This document shows, piece after piece, positions 1-8,072 of a stretch of 26,868 nt of DNA. Below the pieces are notes generated by a model. That model worked only from the letters and a program-made list of their open reading frames with translations, did not search any database and was not told the origin of the DNA. Source of the DNA: a virus (Duplodnaviria; Caudoviricetes). The number at the start of each line of letters is the position of its first letter. Within the stretch, counting starts at the first letter, position 1. The DNA lies in IMG/VR virus record IMGVR_UViG_3300012952_000106, positions 1-26,868 of that record; one strand, given 5' to 3'. Position numbers and translations under genes: made by a program.

Positions 1-771
1 CCAGTCAGTTTTAAGATGGATATGACTTCGGTTGATTTGCCGACTGGGCCATTAAAAAATGCATCTAAAGAAAACAGAGACGTCATAAAATTAAAAAATA
101 ATGAAGGCAATCTTAATACTTTATATATTACAAACATAAACAATACAGCAAATGCTTTCGTTTTGCATGCATCAAGAAAAAGAAAAGCCGGCGAAACGAC
201 AATTTATAACGGTAGAATGTCCGAGGATGTACCCCGAGGGATATTCCACTTTTTTGTGGGGGGCCCCAATCGAGGTCTTCTTAAAAAGGTCAATTTTACC
301 CAAGCTAAGAATACTTTGTTTTCCACTGCTTTGATGCGAAATGGGCAAGCCGGCGGAAAAGAATCTTCTCGTGAAGGTATTATTTTGCCATCGAAATTTG
401 CATGCGATTTAACATTAGTGGGTAATCCATTTTTCTACATTGGGCAGATGTTTTATTTGAATACAAGCCTAATAAGTGGTGGCCAGTTTGAGCAAGAGGG
501 AATATTAAATGGCGGCTATTACATCGTCACGGAAGTAATTAATGATTTTGCTCATGATCGTTGGGAAACTAAAATAAGGGGCGTCTTAAACATTCCTGAC
601 CATGCTCTCAAAAATAAAGACGGCCCAAATGCCGGTGTCGCAGCTTCCACGAGATCTGAAGAGGAAAGGCGCAAAATGATATCTCAATCAACTCAAGGTG
701 ATCGTATTTTGGACGCAGCCACACGACAACCGGTGCCCACAAAAAATATATCTCGTGTCGGATACTCGTGA
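1..771 (+). CDS. 5'-truncated putative baseplate hub / tail (gp27/GpD-like) protein, C-terminal part
   Basis: The frame is open from base 1 (PVSFK precedes Met at 16). The pattern CDLTLVGNPFFYIGQMFYL...GGYYIVTEVINDF...WETKI resembles the C-terminal barrel of contractile-tail hub proteins (recognised by eye). Confidence 0.5.
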   Translation, partial: PVSFKMDMTSVDLPTGPLKNASKENRDVIKLKNNEGNLNTLYITNINNTANAFVLHASRKRKAGETTIYNGRMSEDVPRGIFHFFVGGPNRGLLKKVNFTQAKNTLFSTALMRNGQAGGKESSREGIILPSKFACDLTLVGNPFFYIGQMFYLNTSLISGGQFEQEGILNGGYYIVTEVINDFAHDRWETKIRGVLNIPDHALKNKDGPNAGVAASTRSEEERRKMISQSTQGDRILDAATRQPVPTKNISRVGYS

Positions 772-777
772 TAAATT

Positions 778-784
778 CTATTTA
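778..784 (+). promoter_or_regulatory. CTATTTA putative late-promoter motif
   Basis: Intergenic, upstream of SD AAGGAG and ORF 808. The same motif occurs at 6587, 9593, 16815, 17652 and 26190. Confidence 0.45.
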
Positions 785-807
785 CAAAAAAGGAGCAAAA
801 GAATAAA

Positions 808-2232
808 ATGGGCATTATGAACCCAGAACCAGAAGGGAGAAATGATTTAGGCAGCCTTGAAATGTTTAATGAGAGGCTAAACTATAAACAATATGCTTTC
901 ACACCCTTTGATCCTATTCCGATAGATATGATTTACGAAAAGCCCTTTTATGGCAAAGTAGACAAAGAGGGTCATACCATCTATCCTACTGAAATTAATA
1001 TGGAGCAACTTCCAGGCCCGGGCCTCTTGTTGGCTCACGATTTTGTAGCGAAAGCTTATTTACAACTTAAGGATGTTGTAGAATTTAATGTCCGAACGCG
1101 ATCAACACGTTTTGATGACCTTTTCCCAAATGGTTTTGCCCCGAAAGCTGCAATGAAGAATTTTCACGAGCTTTATCAAAACCATTTTGTCGACACAGTT
1201 TATGATATATTTATCAACAATTATATTATGGCAACTACTCGAAAAAGACAAGTTCGAACATTTGCTGATTTTGTTGAGCAGTTTGTTGGATTTTGCCACC
1301 ACATGAGGGATGTTTTTCCAGTCTCGAAAACGGCTTTTATAATGTCGCCACTGTGCCCGAACGCAATAAGCGGCCTCATTATTGAAGTCGAAAAGCTGGC
1401 CATTGACGACGACGAGCAAAAATATGACGGGTGGATTTCTAAGCCATCTTTTAGAGAGTATGTTAAGCTAGCTTCTAGTTTTGGGTTTTATGTTGATAAG
1501 AACTGCCCATGGAGGCTGGCAGCGAACATGGATCATCCGATTATGATTGAGAAATTTATGAAACCTTTTGGAACATCATATGCCGATGGTTCTGTTTTTA
1601 GAGATTACTTTTATAGATCGGAATATTATTCTTATGAGGATTTTAAATCTCGCATGTGGTATGCTTATAAAGATTTATTAACTAGTGGAGATACGACAAC
1701 CTTTGGGTTGATAAGTAGTGTTAAGAATTGCGGGGGCCCACTGTGGGCAGATGTTGCCAGCGGTAACTTTAAAACAACATGGAAAGAAGGCTTTTTGGAG
1801 ACCATATCGGACAATTTCGATGGAGAGTTTCAGAAACAATACCCAGATTCTTTTTTCCTGCCGTATTATTTTAGAATGCGCCTATCTGAGAGTCACAAAG
1901 ATTTAAACAGTCGCCACCACAGGGCAAAAATAAAAAAGATTTTAAATATAAATAAAAGAAAAGGTATTGAAAAGGCCATTGATATTATTGCTCTCTCAAC
2001 CATGCAGTCAGATATCTACGAGCCCAAGAAAAAAGCGACACTGCCCCAGCGTATAAAGTATTTTGGAAAAAATATAACTTCTGGCTTGCATTCCTACAAA
2101 GAACGTGATAAAGTAGAGACAATATATGATCTAGACATGGATAGAAGCAAGGCACCCAAATCGTTTGATGATTATGATAATGAAGTCGAAACTGACAGTC
2201 ATGAATTATTACATTCCGAGGGTGATCATTAA
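808..2232 (+). CDS. Hypothetical phage protein (474 aa), possibly structural
   Basis: Long ORF with SD AAGGAG; follows the hub-like gene and a CTATTTA motif; no recognisable catalytic motif. Confidence 0.6.
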   Translation: MGIMNPEPEGRNDLGSLEMFNERLNYKQYAFTPFDPIPIDMIYEKPFYGKVDKEGHTIYPTEINMEQLPGPGLLLAHDFVAKAYLQLKDVVEFNVRTRSTRFDDLFPNGFAPKAAMKNFHELYQNHFVDTVYDIFINNYIMATTRKRQVRTFADFVEQFVGFCHHMRDVFPVSKTAFIMSPLCPNAISGLIIEVEKLAIDDDEQKYDGWISKPSFREYVKLASSFGFYVDKNCPWRLAANMDHPIMIEKFMKPFGTSYADGSVFRDYFYRSEYYSYEDFKSRMWYAYKDLLTSGDTTTFGLISSVKNCGGPLWADVASGNFKTTWKEGFLETISDNFDGEFQKQYPDSFFLPYYFRMRLSESHKDLNSRHHRAKIKKILNINKRKGIEKAIDIIALSTMQSDIYEPKKKATLPQRIKYFGKNITSGLHSYKERDKVETIYDLDMDRSKAPKSFDDYDNEVETDSHELLHSEGDH

Positions 2233-2246
2233 ACAATTGAGCAAAA

Positions 2247-3431
2247 ATGATTTTTCAAACTTTTGATGATAAAAAAGATTGTTTGGCGGTTTACGTTGAT
2301 GGCGGCCTATTTTTAAATTATATCCCAAACAAAGAGCTTACACACACTTGGGAATACTCAGAGAGTATGCAAGACCCAAATATACAATATGCAAAATATT
2401 ATTGTAGTGGAATGAGTTTGTCGGAGGCATGCCCCCCTTACCTCAAGGGAGATTGGGAGTCTGTACAAAGAAAATTAAAAGCTTTTCACACTTCTGCCAA
2501 AGAATCTAAATTAAAATTAGATGAGCATTGCTATTTCGATTTGCTCCCTGTGCATGTACTTCTTGAATATGGAAAAATTAAGAATAAAATTTCATCGTAT
2601 GTTTTTGAAAATTATGAGAGGCCAAATGACTATGATTTTAAAATAAGGCTCGCGAGAGTTTTGGTCGAAATTAAAAATAAAAAATTAAATATTAACATCT
2701 CGCCCCTCATGAAGAGGAGACATGAATATCGAGTGAGAAAATTCCTTCAAAAAATGAAGAATACAGAGCCACACATATGCTATAATATGTACGGCTCCAA
2801 GACCGGACGCCTAACATCAACTGGCTTTCCCATCCTTACTCTCAATAAAGATTATCGCAAGATTCTTGAGCCAAATAACGATTGGTTCCTAGAAATGGAT
2901 TATAACGCTGCCGAACTTCGAGTTATGGCTGCGCTAGCAGGAAAAAAACAGCCAGCCGGAGATATTCATGACTGGAATTTAAAGAATGTTTTTAAAGGAG
3001 AAGGCTCTAGAGAAGATGCCAAAAAGAGGGTTTTCTCGTGGTTGTATAATCCAAAGTCTCAGGACCACCTCTTAAATAAAGAATATGACAGAAAATCAGT
3101 GGAGCAAGAGCACTTCAATGGAAATCAGGTGACAACTATTTGGGACAGAACAATCGACTCTGACGAACATCATGCACTAAACTATATTATACAATCAACG
3201 GCCGCCGACTTATTTTTGAGGCAAATGATTAAAGTTTGGGATCTTTTAAGGGGCAGAAAGTCAAGCATTGCTTTTTGCCTGCACGACTCCCTGGTGATTG
3301 ATTTTCACGAGGAGGATAAAAACTTGATTTACAAAGTGAGGGAGGTGTTTGCCGACACTGATTTGGGCAAATTTGAAGTAAACTTTTCTGGAGGGAAGAC
3401 TTTCGGTGACATGAAGGAGATGAAAATATAA
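2247..3431 (+). CDS. Compact family-A DNA polymerase domain protein (no evident exonuclease domain)
   Basis: PolA motifs: KTGRLTS, motif A DYNAAELRVMA, motif B REDAKKRVFSWLY, NYIIQSTAAD, motif C LHDSLVID; only 394 aa. Confidence 0.8.
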   Translation: MIFQTFDDKKDCLAVYVDGGLFLNYIPNKELTHTWEYSESMQDPNIQYAKYYCSGMSLSEACPPYLKGDWESVQRKLKAFHTSAKESKLKLDEHCYFDLLPVHVLLEYGKIKNKISSYVFENYERPNDYDFKIRLARVLVEIKNKKLNINISPLMKRRHEYRVRKFLQKMKNTEPHICYNMYGSKTGRLTSTGFPILTLNKDYRKILEPNNDWFLEMDYNAAELRVMAALAGKKQPAGDIHDWNLKNVFKGEGSREDAKKRVFSWLYNPKSQDHLLNKEYDRKSVEQEHFNGNQVTTIWDRTIDSDEHHALNYIIQSTAADLFLRQMIKVWDLLRGRKSSIAFCLHDSLVIDFHEEDKNLIYKVREVFADTDLGKFEVNFSGGKTFGDMKEMKI

Positions 3432-4298
3432 ATGAAAACAATAATTGGCCTCGGGAAGGCTGGGTGCGAAATTGCAGAAGTCTTTTCACAATACCCTCAA
3501 TATAAAATATATAAAATTGACGTTGGTCTAGAAGAATCTAAGAATTGTTTTAATTTTCCAGAACTAGGATCCATCGAAGAGTATGAGAGTAAGTGCCCTA
3601 GTTTTAAAAAATTTTTTAGATATGTCAAGGGGGAGGTCTTGTTTATTACAAGCTGTGGATATGTATCCGCAGCCTCTTTAAAAATATTAGAGCATTTAAA
3701 AAACAAATGTGAAATCAATGTTCTCTACATAAAGCCAGACCCTTCGCTGCTGCCAGAAATTAAATCTTTAAATGATAATGTGCTTTTTGGAGTGTTGCAG
3801 CAATTTGCTCGGTCGGCTCTGTTCAAAAGGATATATTTGATTGATAATTTAAAAATGAGTGAGATTGTTGGGGACGTACCCCTCAGAGATCATTATAACA
3901 AGATCAATCAATTAATCTCTTCGACGATCCACATGATTAACGTATTTAAAAACTCCGAATCAGAAATAGATACGTTTGGAGAAATAACTGATGTGGCAAA
4001 GATTTCAACCTTCAGTTTGGTTTCTTACGATGACGGCGAAGAAAAAATGTTTTTTGATCTTGACATACCTAGGGATAAGTGCTATTATTATGGAGTACCT
4101 GAAAAAATGCTGCAAAGCGACGGAACCTTAATGAAGAAAATATCAGAACAGCTTAAAATTTTAAAGCAATATGATAAAATAAAGGTCAGCTATGGCATTT
4201 ATTCAACAAGCTATGATGTACCATACATATATGGCTTGTTGAATAGCTCTGTAGTACAAAATGATAATTTTAGACTTGACAAAGAAATTAATTTATAA
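3432..4298 (+). CDS. Divergent tubulin/FtsZ (PhuZ/TubZ)-like protein
   Basis: N-terminal IIGLGKAGCEIA...ID matches the tubulin/FtsZ first loop, and size fits. The GGGTGSG signature appears replaced by TSCGYVSAAS. Starts directly after the stop of the PolA-like gene. Confidence 0.55.
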   Translation: MKTIIGLGKAGCEIAEVFSQYPQYKIYKIDVGLEESKNCFNFPELGSIEEYESKCPSFKKFFRYVKGEVLFITSCGYVSAASLKILEHLKNKCEINVLYIKPDPSLLPEIKSLNDNVLFGVLQQFARSALFKRIYLIDNLKMSEIVGDVPLRDHYNKINQLISSTIHMINVFKNSESEIDTFGEITDVAKISTFSLVSYDDGEEKMFFDLDIPRDKCYYYGVPEKMLQSDGTLMKKISEQLKILKQYDKIKVSYGIYSTSYDVPYIYGLLNSSVVQNDNFRLDKEINL

Positions 4299-4304
4299 TA
4301 TAAT
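4276..4304 (+). promoter_or_regulatory. Perfect sigma70 promoter for the ssb-lipoprotein-recA unit
   Basis: TTGACA (4276-4281), 17-nt spacer, TATAAT (4299-4304). Confidence 0.85.
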
Positions 4305-4315
4305 AACAAAATCAG

Positions 4316-4339
4316 CAGTGTGAGAGAGTCATCACACTG
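4316..4339 (+). promoter_or_regulatory. 5'-leader hairpin of the ssb transcript
   Basis: CAGTGTGA/TCACACTG perfect 8-bp stem with 8-nt loop, between the predicted TSS (~4311) and SD AAGGAG. Confidence 0.6.
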
Positions 4340-4357
4340 ACTAAAAAGGAGAAAAAA

Positions 4358-5128
4358 ATGGCTATTGATATGAAGAAAATGCGAGAGCGAAAAACTGCTC
4401 TCGAAAATAAAGGCGGCACCAACAATCGTTTTTGGCGACCCCAAGATGGAGAGCAAACCATTCGGATTGTTCCAACTGAAGACGGTGATCCGTTCAAGGA
4501 TTATTGGTTTCACTACAATGTGGGCGACAACCCGGGCTTTTTGAGCCCAAAGCGAAACTTTGGCGAAGATTGCCCTCTGGATTCTTTTGTGCGCCAGCTT
4601 TGGCAAGAAGGAACAGAAGACAGCAAGCGAATGGCTAAAAAGCTTTCTGCTCGTCAGCGCTTCTTCGCTCCGGTGCTTGTACGCGGAGAGGAAGATAGGG
4701 GTGTTCGAGTTTGGGGGTTCGGGAAGACGGTCTATGAATCGCTTTTAAATCTCGTGCTGAATCCAGAATACGGGGACATTACCGATCCCGAATCAGGCAC
4801 TGATCTGGTGCTCACCTATGGTAAGCCCGCTGGAGCAACGTTCCCAGTAACTCAACTTACACCGCGTCGAAAAAGCTCGACTCTCTGTAAGGAGCCTGAA
4901 AAGTGCCGCGAGTTTCTAGAGGACGTGCCAGATTTCGATGAGTTGTTTGAAGCTAGTCGTAAATCTTTTACCGAAGTTCAGGCTATGTTGGATGAGTTTC
5001 TTTTAGGGGATTCTGACCCGGAGGAAAATTCCACTGAAACCTCTAAATATGGAGGCAATGGGAAGGTAGATACCACAAGTACTGGAACCTCTGTAGACAA
5101 AGCATTTGCAGACCTTCTTGGTAGCTAA
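4358..5128 (+). CDS. Single-stranded DNA-binding protein, T4 gp32-like
   Basis: FWRP..GEQTIRIVP, FHY, CPL, RFFAPVLVRG..VWGFGKTVY, DITDP..GTDL motifs; acidic tail ending AFADLLGS; recA is nearby. Confidence 0.8.
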   Translation: MAIDMKKMRERKTALENKGGTNNRFWRPQDGEQTIRIVPTEDGDPFKDYWFHYNVGDNPGFLSPKRNFGEDCPLDSFVRQLWQEGTEDSKRMAKKLSARQRFFAPVLVRGEEDRGVRVWGFGKTVYESLLNLVLNPEYGDITDPESGTDLVLTYGKPAGATFPVTQLTPRRKSSTLCKEPEKCREFLEDVPDFDELFEASRKSFTEVQAMLDEFLLGDSDPEENSTETSKYGGNGKVDTTSTGTSVDKAFADLLGS

Positions 5129-5136
5129 TTTCAAAA

Positions 5137-5169
5137 AACCGCAGGGGGGCATGGGTTTATAGATGCCTC
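5137..5169 (+). ncRNA. Conserved 33-nt structured element (predicted H-type pseudoknot), copy 1
   Basis: AACC-GCAGG-GGGGCAT-G-GGTT-TATAG-ATGCCTC; both stems covary with copy 2 at 5409-5441. Confidence 0.65.
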
Positions 5170-5195
5170 AATTTCAAAAAAGAGGATATAATTTA

Positions 5196-5402
5196 ATGAA
5201 GTATTTGATAGTGACACTAGCGTGTCTAGCGGCCTTCGCACTTGGTGCTTGTGGCAACGATAAAGAAGAAGCACCAACTCCAGCGTCAGATGTTGTAGAG
5301 ACACCTGAAGTGCAGGAGTCTGATGTCGTTAATGCTGATGCTGTGGCTGACGTGCCTGTTGATGTGAAAAGCGATTCAACAAGCACCGACGCTGCGGAGT
5401 AA
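5196..5402 (+). CDS. Small acidic lipoprotein (68 aa)
   Basis: ATG 5196 after SD AGAGGA; MKYLIVTLACLAAFALGAC is a signal peptide II with lipobox LGAC; low-complexity D/E/A/V/T tail. Confidence 0.75.
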   Translation: MKYLIVTLACLAAFALGACGNDKEEAPTPASDVVETPEVQESDVVNADAVADVPVDVKSDSTSTDAAE

Positions 5403-5408
5403 TATCTT

Positions 5409-5441
5409 CCCCGCAGGGAGGCACGGGGGTACAGGTGCCTC
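5409..5441 (+). ncRNA. Conserved 33-nt structured element (predicted H-type pseudoknot), copy 2, followed by a T8 tract
   Basis: CCCC-GCAGG-GAGGCAC-G-GGGG-TACAG-GTGCCTC then ATTTTTTTT; may also act as a terminator/attenuator upstream of recA. Confidence 0.65.
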
Positions 5442-5468
5442 ATTTTTTTTACACAAACGGGAGTAAAC

Positions 5469-6572
5469 ATGGCCAAAGCAAAAAAAGCCGGCAAGCTTTC
5501 TATTGCAGATATGCGTAAGCTTATCAATAAGAAAGCTGGAATTAATGTAGCGCATAATTTAAATGAAGACAGTCCGACAATCGTGAAAGACTGGATTCCA
5601 ACTGGCTCTCGCTGGTTGGATAGTATTATTTGTAGAGGTCGCCTCGCAGGAATTCCCGTAGGGAAGATTGTGGAGATTGCAGGATTAGAGGCTACTGGGA
5701 AGTCATATATGGCAGCACAGGTTGCTGCAAATGCTCAGAACATGGGCATCGATGTGGTTTATTTCGATTCAGAGTCTGCGATCGACCCCAGCTTCCTAGA
5801 GAAAGCAGGCTGCAACGTAGACAATCTTTTATATGTACAGGCGACGTCTGTCGAATTTGTACTAGAGACAATCGAAGAACTCCTCGGCTCAAATGAAAAC
5901 AAAATGCTGTTTATTTGGGACTCTCTGGCCTTAACACCAGCAGTTTCAGATATTGAGGGAGATTTCAATCCTCTCTCATCGATGGCTGTAAAGGCAAGAA
6001 TTCTTGCAAAGGGGATGTCAAAACTGACAGTACCTATTGCAAATAGTCAATCGACATTTCTTGTTTTAAATCAGCTTAAAACAAACATCACCAGGAGCCC
6101 CTCAGAGGCCCTCACAACGCCTTATATGACGCCAGGGGGCAAAGCTATGGTTTATGCCTACTCTTTGCGTGTGTGGCTCACAGGGCGCAAAGCAAAGGCA
6201 TCTTTTATCACTGACGATAAAGGTTTCCGAATTGGATCCGAAGTGAAAGTAAAACTTGAAAAGTCTCGCTTTGGTACGGCTGGGAGACAATGTAATTTTA
6301 AGATCTTATGGGGCGACGAAATCGGAGTTCAAGATGAGGAGAGTTGGCTGGATGCGATTAAAGGCTCAAAGAGTTTATCCAATAGTGGTGCGTGGTTTAC
6401 ACTTGAATATGGAGACGGCACATCTGATAAATTTCAGAGTGCTGGGTGGAAAAAGAAACTAGAAGATCCAAAGTTCAAGAAAAGGGTTTTGGAGGTCATG
6501 GACGAGGAAATTATTCTCAAATTTGATGATCGTACAGGATCGGCAGAATCTTTCTACGAAGACGGGGAATAA
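5469..6572 (+). CDS. recA: RecA/UvsX recombinase
   Basis: IPTGS..LD, GIPVGKIVEIAGLEATGKS (Walker A), YFDSESAID, IWDSLA (Walker B), NQL, TPGGKAM, KSR. Confidence 0.95.
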   Translation: MAKAKKAGKLSIADMRKLINKKAGINVAHNLNEDSPTIVKDWIPTGSRWLDSIICRGRLAGIPVGKIVEIAGLEATGKSYMAAQVAANAQNMGIDVVYFDSESAIDPSFLEKAGCNVDNLLYVQATSVEFVLETIEELLGSNENKMLFIWDSLALTPAVSDIEGDFNPLSSMAVKARILAKGMSKLTVPIANSQSTFLVLNQLKTNITRSPSEALTTPYMTPGGKAMVYAYSLRVWLTGRKAKASFITDDKGFRIGSEVKVKLEKSRFGTAGRQCNFKILWGDEIGVQDEESWLDAIKGSKSLSNSGAWFTLEYGDGTSDKFQSAGWKKKLEDPKFKKRVLEVMDEEIILKFDDRTGSAESFYEDGE

Positions 6573-6586
6573 ACTCTTTGTGAATA

Positions 6587-6593
6587 CTATTTA
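6587..6593 (+). promoter_or_regulatory. CTATTTA putative late-promoter motif
   Basis: TACTATTTAAT in the intergenic gap before the three MK(I/L)T-leader genes. Confidence 0.5.
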
Positions 6594-6620
6594 ATAATAG
6601 CCAAATAAGGGGAATGGTTC

Positions 6621-7145
6621 ATGAAAATCACCACAGAACGACTTAGGCAGATCATCAAAGAGGAGTTGGAGGCTTCAGAGCTTGAGACTCCTGAATTCGG
6701 AAAAGAGCCTAAACGATCACCTGCAGAGGATGCAGTCGCAGAACTAATTGAAGACGAACATGTCGAGTGGTGGGAAAACAATGCACCCCCGTCCCTCCTA
6801 GACGACATTAAAAAAGCTGCTTCACACGAGCAGGGCTCCCACGGAAGATCACACAGGGTGCCACTAAACCAAGGCTGGGCCCAAAACACTTGGAAGAGGT
6901 TTGATGAAGAGTTCGCAGGATTGCGAGATGCAGCTAGGGCCCTAGCAAAAGAAGACTTCAATGATTCAAATGGTGGAGTTTGGTTTTTGAATGCGCTAGC
7001 AGACAAACTTAAGCACAAAATGGATTTCAAGGGTGATGAAGAGGAGATTCCCGGCTTCGGGGAAGAGGACGAAGATCAGGATCCTGTAGGTTTGGCCGAA
7101 ATGATTAAGCATGCGATTAGACAACAATTGCTCGGAGGCAAATAA
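6621..7145 (+). CDS. Acidic hypothetical protein with MKITTERLRQIIKEEL leader (putative internal head protein)
   Basis: Leader shared with ORFs 7145 and 7762; highly acidic. Confidence 0.7.
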   Translation: MKITTERLRQIIKEELEASELETPEFGKEPKRSPAEDAVAELIEDEHVEWWENNAPPSLLDDIKKAASHEQGSHGRSHRVPLNQGWAQNTWKRFDEEFAGLRDAARALAKEDFNDSNGGVWFLNALADKLKHKMDFKGDEEEIPGFGEEDEDQDPVGLAEMIKHAIRQQLLGGK

Positions 7146-7756
7146 TGAAGATCACAAAAGAAAGACTTAAACAAATTATTAAAGAAGAGCTAGGTGAAAC
7201 CGCCGCCCCCCCAAACAAGCCTTTCAATCCTGCAGGGATAGACGACTCATATCAGGTAAGCTGGGACGCCCACCTTGACGCCATGAGAAGAATTTTTCTT
7301 GATATTGGCATGGATGTGATCGACCACTATCAAGAAAAGCCGGAAGAATTTGGCATTCTCACAAAAGAGGACGCACGAAAAGAAATTATTGAAGTACTTC
7401 AGGCCACTGTTGATAATTTTGTTAATGATGACTTGCCTGGAGAGCTTGGCCTTGGTGAATTTCTTGATGACGAGTTTGATGACGATCCCCATACGAACAC
7501 AGCAGAAGATGGCCGTGAGGAGGTGATTATGGAGTCATTTCTGCAAGAAGAGTTCGGACAAGAGGAGTTCGACGAAGATAGCTTTGAGTATAACGTAGGA
7601 GATCTTGTCGAAGTACAAATTTCAGATGATGGATATGAAACCAACGTAGAGAGGCTTGATAATGAGGTTGAATTTAATCCAACCCATGGGTATTCTACGT
7701 CTGAAAAGTTTCTAGCTAAGGTCATAAAAGTCTCACAAAGAGAATACGAAGACTAA
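7145..7756 (+). CDS. Acidic hypothetical protein with MKITKERLKQIIKEEL leader
   Basis: Shared leader; stop/start overlap TAATG; C-terminal YNVGDLVEVQI looks KOW/SH3-like. Confidence 0.7.
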   Translation: MKITKERLKQIIKEELGETAAPPNKPFNPAGIDDSYQVSWDAHLDAMRRIFLDIGMDVIDHYQEKPEEFGILTKEDARKEIIEVLQATVDNFVNDDLPGELGLGEFLDDEFDDDPHTNTAEDGREEVIMESFLQEEFGQEEFDEDSFEYNVGDLVEVQISDDGYETNVERLDNEVEFNPTHGYSTSEKFLAKVIKVSQREYED

Positions 7757-7761
7757 ATATT

Positions 7762-8040
7762 ATGAAATTGACCAAAGAACACCTTAAGCAGCTTATTAAA
7801 GAGCAGGTTTATTTAATAATGGGCGCAACAGACCATGAAGAGAATTTCATTAAAAACCTCGAAGAGGCCGGCCTCGGAGAAGGTACCCCACCAGAGGGCG
7901 AGTTCTACGAGAAGCAGGTCATAGAAGAGGAAGAAGATGAAAATAACCCATGGGCAATTTGCACAGCAAGCGTCGGTCGTGAAGACAAAGCAAAATACGA
8001 ACGTTGCATAAAATCGGTTAAGGCACAAAATAATTCTTGA
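7762..8040 (+). CDS. Small protein with MKLTKEHLKQLIKEQ leader
   Basis: Shared leader; C-terminal mini-domain NPWAICTASVG...KYERCIKSVK. Confidence 0.7.
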   Translation: MKLTKEHLKQLIKEQVYLIMGATDHEENFIKNLEEAGLGEGTPPEGEFYEKQVIEEEEDENNPWAICTASVGREDKAKYERCIKSVKAQNNS

Positions 8041-8065
8041 CAACCATTTCTTAATTTGATATTAT
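8037..8065 (+). promoter_or_regulatory. sigma70-type promoter
   Basis: TTGACA-17 nt-TATTAT with extended -10 TG; the ATG at 8073 lies 7 nt downstream with no SD (possibly leaderless). Confidence 0.7.
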
Positions 8066-8072
8066 AGTCTTC

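Noticed and set aside
5163-5195. Longer start for the lipoprotein ORF; likewise track starts 12609, 16245, 16438 and 20415
   Set aside because: Downstream ATGs (5196, 12798, 16287, 16570, 20427) have better SD context or avoid long overlaps; the 5163 ATG lies within the structured repeat.
5137-5441. Interpreting the two 33-nt repeats as a mini CRISPR array
   Set aside because: Only two divergent copies, separated by about 240 nt containing a gene; no cas genes in the window.
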